This document shows, one piece after another, positions 13,193-25,078 of a DNA stretch of 64,000 bases. Below the pieces are notes generated by a model, which ran no database searches, had not been told where the DNA came from, and saw nothing but the letters and a program-made list of their open reading frames with translations. Location: positions 310,001 through 374,000 of the forward strand of contig LSRY02000043.1 in the NCBI GenBank assembly GCA_001643675.2. Direction: 5' to 3'. Position numbers and translations under genes: made by a program. This stretch comes from Monocercomonoides exilis PA203 (Eukaryota; Protista; Preaxostyla). Every line of letters begins with the position of its first letter. The first letter of the stretch is position 1.

Positions 13193-16100
13193 ATGAGTGA
13201 AGAAGAAATTGAATATGAAGAGGTAGAAGAAGAAGTCGAAGAAGTGGAATATGTAGAAGAAGAAGATCAATTTGAATCTTCATCTAGTCAACCATCTTCA
13301 TCTAGCATGTCTTCTTCATCCTTTGAATCAGGGGCAATTGTTGCACGGGTTTGAGTGAAGATAATTGTGAGTTTTAACTATTTTTTTACCTATAGGGATT
13401 TCACTTCATAAATCAAGAAACTATAAAAATGACATTTGACGATTTTATAAAGGATTTAATGTCAAAAATTGGCACAACTTATGATCAAACTGTTTTGCTT
13501 TGTGTTGCTTTCAGGTTTTGAATATTTTGCATTTTCTTAAAAAAGTGAATTTTTTACGTTAAATTTTATTTCTATCCTTTATCCAGGTGGAATAAAGAAA
13601 AGCTTTTTAACGATTATTTTGATAATTCAAACAAATGGCTTGTTGCAGCTGGACTTGAACTTGCCGAAGCGGAAAGCGAGGTTGTAAAAGCAGCAGATGA
13701 GACAGAAAAAAGTGAGAAAGCTCATCCAAAAGCGACGCAAACACGTTCTAGATTTAATTTTAGAAAACGCGATCAATCAAACGCATCAACTTCAACAAAA
13801 GCAAGTTTAACTCCAAAAAAACCAGAACTGTCACCGCCAACGAGCATGAATAGCGACGGAACGTATTCATGCTCTGTCTGTTTTTGTGATTATCCCGAAA
13901 AAGAAAGTTTGAAATTTGAAAAGTGAAACAATTATTTGTTAATGTAAAATTGTTTCAATAATTGTCTATTGCTATTTGTGCATTTACGTATTTTTTACAA
14001 CAGTCATCAAGCTAAAGTGCGGTCATGCTTTTTGTCGTGGCTGTGTTGGAGATAACTTGAAGGCTCAGGTCGAAAAAGGAAAAGCATGCATTGCTACCCA
14101 ATGCATGGAGCAAGGATGCTGTTTGATATATCCTCCTTCTATTTGGGAGCAAACAACAAACTGTATGTGATTTACCATAAAATATATTTGATTGGATGAG
14201 TCAAATTTTGTGAAATATGATATGATATTTTGAAATAGAAGGATTTTATTTTCAAATGGAAGATTCTTTTTTTGACTTTGTTGAGAAATTTGTTTCAATT
14301 TTTGAATGTTTTCTTTTATCTCAATTTAATTTATTGATTTATTGATTATTCTTCGACTATCATTCAATTTTTTTTTCATGAATTATGAAAATTTACAGCT
14401 GAAACAATGAAAAAATACAATTACTTTTTGATGCAAACGTTTGTCGAAGAAAACAGAGAGATGCGGTTTGTCTTCTTTTTCTATATTCTTTTGTTAATTA
14501 TTGCCTTCACAATACATACGTGTCTATCCATTTTTTTTTTTTTTTAATTTTCCTTCTCTCATTTATATGACTAATTTTGTGTGATTGTGTACTTATGTTC
14601 CAATTGTAAATTGTATCTATGGATAAAAACAATAAAAGTTGGTGTCCGGCTCCTGGATGCCCTTGGGTCTCACAGAAAGTCGGATTTTCATCAGAGGTGA
14701 AATGCCTATGTGGTCATTTATATTGGTTTGTCAAATGTCAATTTCTGTGTTGCTTTCAAAGATAATTATTTTGTGATCTATGTAAATATCTATACATACA
14801 TATTGTTATTGTACTTTGTCGATGGAATGAAATAACTGAAATCATATTTTTAATTCTTGCAACTTACTTATGAATTTTTTATTTTATACACTCAGTTTCG
14901 ATTGTGGCTTGGAGAGCCATCAGCCGTGCCCGTGTGGCTTGGTTGAAAAGTGGAATGAAAGATGCAACGACTCAAATATGGACAATGACTGGATGATTGC
15001 AAATACAAAACCTTGCCCTGGGTATGCTTGCTTCAAAGACAATTTCTTTTTTTTGTCAGTTTTTCTTTTCTATCATCTACAATTTTTAAAATATTAATTT
15101 TTTTATCATTAGATTTTCTTAATTAAAATTTTTAATAATTTTTTTTTTATTTTTCTGTTCTTTCTTCATCTAACAATGTATTTGTTTTTATTGGCACATT
15201 AAAGATGCAAGAAGCACATTGAGAAGAATCAAGGGTGCAATCACATGACTTGCTCACAGTGCAGGCACGAGTTCTGCTGGATCTGCATGGGGCCTTGGTC
15301 CCAGCACGGTTCTCAAACTGGTATGTGTGAAAATGAGACAAAGAAATAATAATAATAATAAGTGATTGATTGGTTGGTTGGTTGTGAAAAATGAAAGAAA
15401 TTTTGAGAAATTTTGAATGGAGGATAGCCAAATTGAAATCTCTGTTAACACCGTTCTTTTAAATGTGATTGGCTATCATGTTTTTTATTTTTTTGATTTT
15501 TTGTGAAAAACTATTGAATTTTCGATTATTGCATTATTCATTGCATAAATATATTCATTCAAATTCTTTATGATTTTACAAATTCTGTATTTGTTAATAT
15601 CTTTCTTTCTTTTTTCCACATTTTATTTCTGAAATAACTATTTGTATATCATTTTTTATTTTATTTAATTAATTTGTTTTGTGCGTGTGTGTGTACATGT
15701 GTGTGTTATTTTCAGGTGGGTACTATTCGTGCAACAGGCCAGTTGACAGTTCGATTGGTAAGCAAGTGGCTTCGGCAAAGCAGCGTCTGGAGTATTATCA
15801 GCATTACTTTGACAGGTATCAGGAGCACAACCGCTCAATGACCTTTGCGGAGAAGCAGCTTAAGAACATAAAGGGCAAAATGCAGGACTATATGGCAATC
15901 CACCACTGCGACGAGAGAGTGGCTGAGTTTCTGAAGGACGGAGCAGAGCTGGTTGTGGACTGCAGGCGAGTGCTGAAGTACACTTATGCCCTCGGGTTCT
16001 TTTTGGAGAAGGGTTCTCAAAAAGATCTGTATGTTTTTTTTCTGAATGGATAAGGGAAAAGAGATTAAGGTGATTAGAAATGGGATGGAATTTTGAATTT

Positions 16101-16640
16101 GAAAAAATTATTGTTATTATTTATTTATTGAGATTGAATAATTATGTGAAGTATGGGGAGACTTGAAAATTATATTGCCTTTCAGAAAGAAATCTGTATA
16201 TTTCTTATTCAAGAGTTCAACTCGTTCGGACTCAATTCCTGTTTTATTTCTTTATTTCAATTTGAATTGTAACAAATTTACTTTTTTACTCATTCTGTTT
16301 TTTTATTTTTTTGAATTATGTATTTGTGTTCATTTTTTATTTCTCCAAAATGAAAAGTTTTGAGTTTCTTCAGCGTGATTTGGAACATGAAACAGAGAAT
16401 CTGAGCGAACTGACAGAAATGAAGGTCGAGAAAATAGACAGAATGAAACTGTTGAATTACATCACCACAACGAAAGGCGTATGATTTTTCGTTTCCTTTG
16501 TTTATTTTGAAGTTGTTTAAAAAAATATTTATTATTTTACTGATTTTTATTATTAATTTTACTACAATTGCGAAAAGTATCTTGCGCATCTCATCGAAGG
16601 ATTGGCCGAAAATCAAGCAAAATATGCACAAATAGATTAA
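13193..16640 (+). CDS. Ariadne-family RBR E3 ubiquitin ligase
   Basis: Multi-exon. Acidic N-terminus, '[13 protein letters not shown]', RING1 ([20 protein letters not shown]), IBR ([28 protein letters not shown]), RING2 ([34 protein letters not shown]) and Ariadne domain ([37 protein letters not shown]). Confidence 0.93.
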
Positions 16641-18165
16641 TAATATTCATTTTCTCTCACCTACTTAGTGTATAACTCTCTTTTTTAGTTGTTTTTTTCG
16701 AAATTTTCCTTCTTTTCATTTCTCATGAAAATTAACTGAATTTTTATTTTTTTTATTTTTTGATATTGGATACAACAAATTTAAACTATAATTATTTTAT
16801 TGCTTTTTTAAAGAAATGTATTTTCATTACACGTGCAGCTTAAAAAATAATAATTAATTGAAAAATCAATAAAAAATAAAAAAAAATAAAAATACACAAT
16901 GTCACCGAAAACTCGCAAATTTTCAAAAAAAATAAAAAAAAGATTTCAGATACTGATTGCTGTTTTGAAAAAACACCAAAAATTATTATTAGACAAAACT
17001 TCGAAATGTGTTGGGTGTTTTTGAAATCATAACTTTTTTCGTGATTACTATAATCCAAATGTTTTTTATCTTCAGAGATATACTTTTTCCTAATAAAAAT
17101 AAAAATATATATATTCCAAATGGTAATACTTGTAAAATGTGTGACAAAATCATCTGTTTGTTGCATTATCACTTTTTAATGCACATTCACATTCATTCAA
17201 AACAAATTTTTAATTCAAAATTAAAAATTTAAATCACATGATTACAAAAATAATAACCTTGTTGTTCATACAAACGGAAAATAAATTGCAATGATTTCAA
17301 AATTTAGTGTGTGACATTTATTCAAAACAAAATTAACAAATGATGGAATTATTAATTTTTGGCTTTCATTCATTAATATTATTTATTCCTCTGTGACGTG
17401 ACAAGTTAAAATTCTTTTGTGTATCACAAAAAAAGTCATTATAATAAAAAAGAGAGAATAAATTTAAACAAAATATAACAATGATAACGAACACTTTAAG
17501 AGATTTTGAACAGCGCTTCAGAAAAATTATTGTGGATAGCATCTGAAATATCTGTTATTTTCACTTTTGTCAGTGATCGTCAGTGATGATCAAAGACAAA
17601 TTGAGACAGAAAAATTCCATTACTGACATTTTTAGTCAATAAAAAAATTATTATTGGAAGACTGATAGAAAAAATAGAAAATTTTGTATCTTGGAAATAC
17701 TTTGAATTGCTAAATGTTAATTCAAGGATAATATTTTTGCTTCATCAAAATAAGTTGAAAGGACAAATATTTCTTTTTCTGACAAAACTTCATAATCAAA
17801 TCTGTAATTAACTCATTGTTTCATTTTTATTTTGAAATGTCACTGATATCAAATATTTTTAATCCCATTTATCCCCTATCCACTTTTTTTTTTCCCATTG
17901 CATTAATAAAAATAAAAGAATTTATAAATATTTATTTATTGATAAAAAAATTGATAAACCAACTTATCAAAAGTTAAAAAAAAATATTAACCTTTTTTTA
18001 AACAAACGAAAACCTTTTCATTTTTCACAAACAGAAAATAAAATTATAATATATTGTTATTTTTGTTGATTTGTTGATTACCATTATAATATAATTTATA
18101 TTTTTTTTGTTTGAGCTTTTTGTTTATCAAAAAGATAAGTTGAAAATTTCCTTGCTTTTTGATAG

Positions 18166-19071
18166 ATGTCATATAGAACTTCTTATTCACAACCTAAATC
18201 ATCATTATCTACATCAAAAGTGAAAGCAAAAGCGAAGTCATCTTCAGCATCATCTGTCTTAGCATCACCAACTTCATTAAAAATATCTTCTTCAAGATTT
18301 GATTCAATTCCTCGCGGAGGCGGATTTGGATCAAAAACAGGTGGTAAAACGTTTGGACCTTATTTTTTTTTGAAATTGACATTTGCTTATGATGAATGTT
18401 TGTAGTGCATTTGCAGTTGCTTATTCAAACGGTTCAATTCCATGTAGGTTAGTGACTGGTACGGCAAAAATGGCATTGGAGTGGAAACAGACGTTTGAAG
18501 AAATTGACTATGAATCAATTCTTCCTTTATGCGTAGAAGGATTGAAAGAAATTGCACATCCTTATTTTACAGTTGCAAAGATGGCATGCATTGAGCTTGT
18601 ATCAGCAGAAGTTTGAAACAAGATCAACTTACTATCTTTTTAGAATTGTTATTTATTCGCATCATGTTGATTATTTGTGTTTAATTATTTTTTCAGATTG
18701 CACATGAAACAATTCCTCCAATACTTCCAGAAGTTATAAAAAGATTGAGAGAAGTAATGGTTACAACATCCAGAAGCAACTTAGATGCTTTTGCGACAAG
18801 TCTTGAATTTCTAATTGGCCTTTCAAATGCGGTGACAGAGAGTCTAACACCTCACATTACTCTTCTTTTATCTCCAATTGCTGCAGAAATGATGAAAGCT
18901 GGAAGCGGAAGAACTTCTTCAGCAGCTAAATCTTGCACAAAGACTCCAGGAGGCGGAGGTGAAATTAATTTGAAAGAAAAATCACTTGAAGTACTACAAA
19001 TTTTGGAAGAAAACGGAGGAGAAGAAGCTTATGAAATTATTCATAAAAAAATTCCAACATATTCAAGGTGA
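18166..19071 (+). CDS. PACRG-like (Parkin co-regulated gene family) protein
   Basis: Three exons: TAFAVAYSNGSIPCRL...LEWKQTFEEIDYESILPLCVEGLKEIAHPYFTVA...LQILEENGGEEAYEIIHKKIPTY, matching the ParcG family motifs. Confidence 0.88.
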
Positions 19072-19335
19072 TTTAATTGTGATTCTAATGTTTGCTATAA
19101 TTTGACAATTTTCATAACGGAGGAGACTTTGAATATTGAAACAAAACTGAAGGTTTCACAAAAATTCACCAAGATTTCGTGCTAAGAAATTTTTAATTTA
19201 TGCTTGCAAAAATGAGAAAAATCATAACAAAAACATTTCAATAAAAATTACAAAATAGTTTGACAAAAAGAATGATTGAGAATTACAAAAAAAGATCAGA
19301 TACTTATCATGTACTAAACAACTCTTTTTCAAGTT

Positions 19336-19419
19336 CTCTCCATAGCTCAGTTGGAAGAGCGCGAGACTGTAGAAAAAGCTGATATCTTGAGGTCGCTGGT
19401 TCGAACCCGGCTGGGGAGA
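19336..19419 (+). tRNA. tRNA-Tyr(GTA) with an 11-nt intron (19373-19383)
   Basis: Acceptor stem CTCTCCA/TGGGGAG, D arm TAGCTCAGTTGGAAGAGC, anticodon stem CGAGA/TCTTG with CT-GTA-G then intron AAAAAGCTGAT, T arm GCTGGTTCGAACCCGGC, discriminator A. Confidence 0.95.
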
Positions 19420-19420
19420 A

Positions 19421-19426
19421 TTTTTT
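19421..19426 (+). terminator. RNA polymerase III terminator (T6)
   Basis: TTTTTT immediately after the tRNA-Tyr 3' end. Confidence 0.75.
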
Positions 19427-19488
19427 GCTCATAAATAAAAGATTCCCAAAATATATTTTAATTTTCCCTTAACAGATACAATATTTTC

Positions 19489-20039
19489 ATGGAATCAGAA
19501 GCAGCAAGACTTAAAACATTTACAGAATGGCCTCATGCTGCAACTCCTAATTGTAAATGTACTCCTAAAGCAATGGCGGAAGCTGGATTTTATCTTGCAC
19601 CTGTTCCTCCTAAAGCAATTGACAGAGTGATTTGCCATTCTTGTGGCATTGAATTGGTTTTTCATTATTCACAACAATATATTTTTGTCATATTATATTT
19701 TTTGAATTGAATAATTTTGTTGATTTTTTTTATTTTCATAGGTTGATTGGATTCCTTCGGATATTCCTTCTGTTGAACATCTTAGGTTCTCTCCAGACTG
19801 CAAATTTATGAATCAACGTTTGCTTTCAACATTTAAATGTTTATTAAAGTACATTTTCTTTTTTCTGTTTCTAAGAAATGGATAGTTCTGATCCTGCCAA
19901 ATCACTTTTCGTTCAACAACTCATTCTTTCTTCAGTTTCAGAACCTATTGCTTGTTTAGTTGAACAAAATTTGCCAGAAGTTCAATCAGGAAGTTATGCA
20001 CCATCGTCTCGAAGCGATGATGCAACACTTTTGTGGTAG
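19489..20039 (+). CDS. Single-BIR-domain (survivin-like) protein, ~135 aa; 3' end uncertain
   Basis: Exons 19489-19656, 19742-19817, 19876-20039: RLKTFTEWPH...CTPKAMAEAGFY...DRVICHSCGIEL|VDWIPSDIPSVEHLRFSPDCKF. Zn ligands CxxC-H-C are intact. Confidence 0.85.
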
Positions 20040-20405
20040 AATTACCATTTTTCTTTACCTTATTTCTTTCAAAACTGACTCACGCAAAATCTTTTTCTTA
20101 TTTTGTTATGTTATTTGTTCAACATTATTGTTTCATGTTATGTGCACTCTGGATTTTTACATCAACTATTTTTTGATTTTGATTTTTGTATAACCTATTT
20201 ATTTGCTCAATTGCTTGATCTTATATCTATGTTTGCCCCTGTTGCATGTCAATATAAATTCTGTGATTTGTTTGGAAGAGAAGAAGCACTTCATTTTTAT
20301 GTTTAAATTTTTTATGTGATTAGGGTATTCGATCATTTATTGTTTTGGTGCTTATCCTTCAAAATAATTTAGTGCACAGCAAAACTTTTTTCTTTTTGGT
20401 TTTTA

Positions 20406-23400
20406 ATGATGAATAATCGGCGTTCGTGGATATTAGGTGAAGTCTGTTCTTCTCCATATATCCACAAACCCATTCATCAACCATGCCTAAGAGATTTATT
20501 GACTCAAAATGCTGAGTATAAAATTAAATCTTCAATACTTTTAACCTACAGGAAATCTTTTCCTAAAATCGTTGGATCTGATTTATCAAGTGATCGAGGT
20601 TGGGGTTGTGTTCACAGAACAACGCAAATGATGTTTGCCGAAACTTTACGCAGATTATACTCGAAAAGATTTAGCTTAGACAAAGATACGTGTCGTTTTA
20701 TAGTATTGCAGAATTTTTTGGACATACCAACTGCGCCTTTTTCAATCCATAACATAAGTTCTGTTGGCGTTATTAATGGAAAACAAATAGGAAAGTGGTT
20801 TTCTCCTTCTGATGGAGCATTTGCACTTCAATATATAACACACAAGCTGCATAGTGATTTGTACCCAGTTGTGATGATTTTTCGAGAGCAAACTATTTAT
20901 AGACAAGAAGTTTTTAAGAAAATGATTCAACTTAAAGAAAACGAACTTGAGAAATCAATTCTTCATGTAAAGCATAACGAATATATTCTTCCATCAGTTT
21001 TATTGGAACCAATTAATTTTGAAAAAAGTTCTGACGAGATTGAATCCAGATGCTTTTTTGATGACATTGCTTCTCTTGCAAATCAATTTATTCTACCTCC
21101 TCAGGTTCCTATTTCACTTGAAAAAAACAATATTCCAATAAAACTTCCAGCATTCGTGAAGGAAATGGAGAAAGCGTTATCTTCAAAATCAGCTTTGCCT
21201 CATGCATCTTCGAAAAGTAATCCAATGAACGCGAAGGAGCATTGCAGATTCCTTTCGGAAAAGCAGCATCAATTTGGACAAACAAGCACCGACTCTTACA
21301 CCGAAAAAGCTAAGGCAAATGCGAATGAAGTCAAAAAACAGACAACAATGGGGAATGCAGCGAGTTTATTTTCTTTGGATGCTTCGACTCACGTGAAGGG
21401 ATTGGACGCAGAACAAAAGAAGGATCAGCATAGCGAACTGAAAAAGGAGCGTAATGAAACTTCATTGAAATCTAGTTGTTTGTCTGATGCAATGCAGTTT
21501 GATCGTCTTGACTTTCCTGAGAATTTTGACTGTGAAGAAGGTTTTGATACTCAGATAGACAATTTTGATGAAGACAGTTGTTTTATTCCTGAGATTGAAG
21601 AAAATGCTTTGGATAGCAAACGAAAAAGTGAGAAAGAAGAAGAAGAAGAAGAAGAAGAAGAAAAAGATAAAAACAGAATTTGGGTTACCAGAAGCAGCAA
21701 CTCATTGAATCATCTGAACATACAAGAAAATACATTGACAGATGGAAAAGAAGACGAAACACTTGAATACTTAATCACAGATTATCCAATTCTCACAGAA
21801 GAAGAAGAAGAAGAAGAAAGAGGAAGAGGAAGAGGAAGAGGAAGAGGAAGAGGAAGAGGAAGAGGAAGAGATGAATATAAATCAGAGAAACACAAAGAAG
21901 CCAGTAATCATTTCGAATCAGCTAACACACAAGAAACAAATCATGTGAGTAAAGACAAAGATGAGATGCCAGTAAAGATAAACATGAACTATTCATTGTC
22001 AGCTGTTAAAAGAGAAGTAGAAGATGGAAAAGACGGAAAAGAAGAAAAAGAAAAAGAAGAAAATAATAAAACCAATGCTTCAATGCCCGTCTCAGCATCT
22101 ACAGACACATTTTCTTGTACAAGCAACAATCTGGCTGAAGAGCCTACACTTGTCATCGAAGCTCATTCAGAACAAAGAGAAACAGGTTTGTTTGCAGAAA
22201 ACAGCAACACTTTCACCACAAGCTCTGTTTGTGTCAATCAATCTTCTCCTCCTTTGCCCCCTCCTCCACTCTCTTCGTCTGTCCTTTCGTTTTCTCCTCT
22301 TTCTTTCCCTCGTCCTCTTCATCATCCTTCTTTTCTTTCCTCTCCTTCTTCTCCTTCTTCTTCACATTCTTCTTCTTCTTCCTCTTCTTCCTCTTCTTCT
22401 CCTTCTTCTCGTTATCCTCTTCGCTCTCCTCCCTTCCCTCCTCCGCCTCAGCCTCATCGACAGTCACAATCACACCCTCATCTTCCACACAATCAGAGCC
22501 CTTCCTCTCTATTCGACGAGGTAGCATTCATTTCTCCTTCTCCTCTCTTTCTCTCTCCTGCCAAGTCTGCACAGCTCGTTCCACTGCCCACAAAACCTCC
22601 TCCTTCTCTCGCACAAAAGACAAGTTGTTCAATACAATCAACACACAACAATGAAAAATTGCACTTACTCAATAAGCAAGATAATAGCAGAGATGGATCT
22701 GTTGAATACAAAGTGGGAGAAGAAGCTGAAAACTTTATGTCAAATCAGATTAAACAGAAAATGAACGAACAGAAAGAAAAAGAGTTTTCTCAAATGTGCC
22801 GTTGCTCAAAAGATGCAGAAGACAACAATGCATTCCTCTCAACACAACAATCACCACAACTGCAAACAACCTCTTGTTTTCCTTCTTCTTCCTCATATTC
22901 TATCAATTCTGATTCCTCTTCCCCTTCCCTTCCTCATTCCTTTTCTCATTCCCTTTCTCATTCTCTTCCTCACTCCCACCCCCACACTCACACTTCCCCT
23001 CACACTCACCCTCACACAGTAAATCCCTTAGTCTCCTCCCCCACCCTCTGCTCCGTCTCCTCCTCCACCCTTCCTCTCAACACTCTCTGCGAACCGCCTC
23101 TTATCGAGCCTGCTGCCTTTGATGCACGTTCCATCTCTTCTTCTGACTGCTTTTCTTTGACGTCGTTTGTCGATGCAGAGAGCGATGCAATTGGAGCACA
23201 GAGTGAACACTCAGGAAGTGAGGAAGGATCAATTAGATCATACAGTGTGTCACTGGCTGATAATTCTTCTTCTTCTTCTTCGTCGTCTTCTTCTTCTTTG
23301 TCTTCATCATCATCATCATCTTCTTCATCCTCCTCTTCATCTTCATCTTCTTCCTCTTCTTCTGTTTCTTCTCTTTCAGCAGATGTGAAAGAGTCGCTAT

Positions 23401-24866
23401 CTCCTTCATCCTCATTATCATCACCTTCTCCTGACACATCCCCTTCCAGGCTGGTGTCTGCTCAGCTGTCTTCTTCGTTTGAGAGCACATCAGCTTCTGC
23501 TTCAGCTTCTTCTTCTGCCTCTGTTTCTACCTCTGTTTCTAATGAACATTCATCATCTGAGCCATTGTCATCATCATCATCATCATCTTCTTCTTCTTCT
23601 TGTTCCTCTTCCTCCTCTTCCTCTTCCTCCTCTTCGTTCTCTTCGTTCTCTTCTTCTCAGACTCTTTCTCTTTCTGACTCATCTGGCAACAACACATCTT
23701 CACAAGCTACTTCTTCTCCGTCTTTGCCATCGCCTGCTGCTGCATCTCCAACACTCCGTTCAACTTTCCTTTCAAACGGTACAAATTTTTCATCTTCTTC
23801 TTCTTCATCTTCTGCTTCCACTTCTTCTTCTTTTTCCTCCTCCTCCTCTTCCTCTTCGTTTATAAATTCTTCTTCTTCTTCTTCTTCTTCCTCATCACCC
23901 GATTTATCTTTCCAATTTATTCAAACGCCTTCACAGGAAGACGCAAGCTTTTCATCATTTACTTACATTTCCGCCTCTAAACTGCAACCACACGAGCCAT
24001 CTTTGACCAATTCTAAAGAAAAGTATACATCTTTTATTCATTCAAACCAAAACAAGAGAGAAAGGCATTCATTTGTTAATAGTAATAGTAATAATCATAA
24101 TACAAAAACTCATAGCTCTCGCTCCTCTTCTATGTCTTCCTCTTCCTCTTCCTCTTCCTCTTCTTCTCACTCCTCATCCTCCTCTTCCTCTTCCTCCTCT
24201 TCCTCTTCCCTCTCCTCTTCTTTCTTCTCCCCTCTCCTCCTCCTCCTCCCTGTCCGCCTGGGCTTATCCAAAGTCTCACCAGAAGCAGCATATGCCATTT
24301 CCTATTTCTTCACCATTCCTTTCTGTGTTGGTTTAATTGGAGGCAAGCCTCGCTCTTCATTCTGGTTCATCGGCGTTGATGCAGCTGTTCAAAATAGTGA
24401 AGAAGAAGAGCTCAAAGGAGAGGAAACAGAGGAGAATGAACTGGGGCAGAGCGAAGATGAAGCGATTGATGAAGCTATTGATGCTGTTATCTGCAGCGCC
24501 AATACAATTTCTTCAGCTAATTCACAAGAAGATCTGCAAAATCTGAATGAGAAAGAGAGAAAAAAACTGTTATCTCCTCAATGCTCCCCATCTGAATATA
24601 TGCAAGACACCCATCTTTTCTATTTAGACCCACATGTTACTCAGCCTGCTGTGCTAAACAAAGAAAGCATCAATTCTCAGTCTTCCTCTTTCACCCAGCA
24701 GCGCATCTTGTCCATCCCCCTCTGCAATATCGACCCCACAGTGCTGGTCTGCTTCTTTGTGGCGTCTTTGGAAGAGTTCGACTGCTTGTGCGAGGAACTC
24801 AAAAAGATGAACAATCCACTTATTTACGTTGAAAAAGCAAAGCCAGATTTCTTTTCTGAAAATTAG
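20406..24866 (+). CDS. ATG4: Cysteine protease ATG4 (peptidase C54) with very large low-complexity insertions
   Basis: WILG, LLTYRKSFPKI, SDRGWGC(catalytic)VHRTTQMMFAE, PFSIHNI, GKWFSPS, then PLLLLLPVRLG, GLIGGKPRSSFWFIG, YLDPH (catalytic D/H) and IDPTVLVCF. Confidence 0.92.
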   Translation: MMNNRRSWILGEVCSSPYIHKPIHQPCLRDLLTQNAEYKIKSSILLTYRKSFPKIVGSDLSSDRGWGCVHRTTQMMFAETLRRLYSKRFSLDKDTCRFIVLQNFLDIPTAPFSIHNISSVGVINGKQIGKWFSPSDGAFALQYITHKLHSDLYPVVMIFREQTIYRQEVFKKMIQLKENELEKSILHVKHNEYILPSVLLEPINFEKSSDEIESRCFFDDIASLANQFILPPQVPISLEKNNIPIKLPAFVKEMEKALSSKSALPHASSKSNPMNAKEHCRFLSEKQHQFGQTSTDSYTEKAKANANEVKKQTTMGNAASLFSLDASTHVKGLDAEQKKDQHSELKKERNETSLKSSCLSDAMQFDRLDFPENFDCEEGFDTQIDNFDEDSCFIPEIEENALDSKRKSEKEEEEEEEEEKDKNRIWVTRSSNSLNHLNIQENTLTDGKEDETLEYLITDYPILTEEEEEEERGRGRGRGRGRGRGRGRDEYKSEKHKEASNHFESANTQETNHVSKDKDEMPVKINMNYSLSAVKREVEDGKDGKEEKEKEENNKTNASMPVSASTDTFSCTSNNLAEEPTLVIEAHSEQRETGLFAENSNTFTTSSVCVNQSSPPLPPPPLSSSVLSFSPLSFPRPLHHPSFLSSPSSPSSSHSSSSSSSSSSSPSSRYPLRSPPFPPPPQPHRQSQSHPHLPHNQSPSSLFDEVAFISPSPLFLSPAKSAQLVPLPTKPPPSLAQKTSCSIQSTHNNEKLHLLNKQDNSRDGSVEYKVGEEAENFMSNQIKQKMNEQKEKEFSQMCRCSKDAEDNNAFLSTQQSPQLQTTSCFPSSSSYSINSDSSSPSLPHSFSHSLSHSLPHSHPHTHTSPHTHPHTVNPLVSSPTLCSVSSSTLPLNTLCEPPLIEPAAFDARSISSSDCFSLTSFVDAESDAIGAQSEHSGSEEGSIRSYSVSLADNSSSSSSSSSSSLSSSSSSSSSSSSSSSSSSSSSVSSLSADVKESLSPSSSLSSPSPDTSPSRLVSAQLSSSFESTSASASASSSASVSTSVSNEHSSSEPLSSSSSSSSSSSCSSSSSSSSSSSFSSFSSSQTLSLSDSSGNNTSSQATSSPSLPSPAAASPTLRSTFLSNGTNFSSSSSSSSASTSSSFSSSSSSSSFINSSSSSSSSSSPDLSFQFIQTPSQEDASFSSFTYISASKLQPHEPSLTNSKEKYTSFIHSNQNKRERHSFVNSNSNNHNTKTHSSRSSSMSSSSSSSSSSSHSSSSSSSSSSSSSLSSSFFSPLLLLLPVRLGLSKVSPEAAYAISYFFTIPFCVGLIGGKPRSSFWFIGVDAAVQNSEEEELKGEETEENELGQSEDEAIDEAIDAVICSANTISSANSQEDLQNLNEKERKKLLSPQCSPSEYMQDTHLFYLDPHVTQPAVLNKESINSQSSSFTQQRILSIPLCNIDPTVLVCFFVASLEEFDCLCEELKKMNNPLIYVEKAKPDFFSEN

Positions 24867-25078
24867 AACAGTAAGTATTAATAGTTTTTTCATTTCGTAA
24901 CTATAAGTTATTATTCGATCTTTGCTATTGTGTAATCATTTATTCTGTTTTTTAACTTTTCTTTTTGATAATTGTGATATTTTTTGTGTGTTTTTTTTAA
25001 GTTGTCTCGATCAATAAACCTTTAGTAATTTTAGAATTATTGATAAATTGTTTTGTTGCGACCCAGACTGCATCTAGG

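Noticed and set aside
16650-18160. 1.5-kb AT-rich intergenic region with short repeats (GTCAGTGAT twice, TGTCAC/GTGACA) as a possible MITE or snoRNA
   Set aside because: No convincing terminal inverted repeats, target-site duplication, coding remnant or independent terminal stem.
13193-19071. RBR ligase next to a PACRG-family gene, recalling the Parkin-PACRG pair
   Set aside because: The ligase is Ariadne-type and the genes are tandem, 1.5 kb apart, not head-to-head; probably coincidence.
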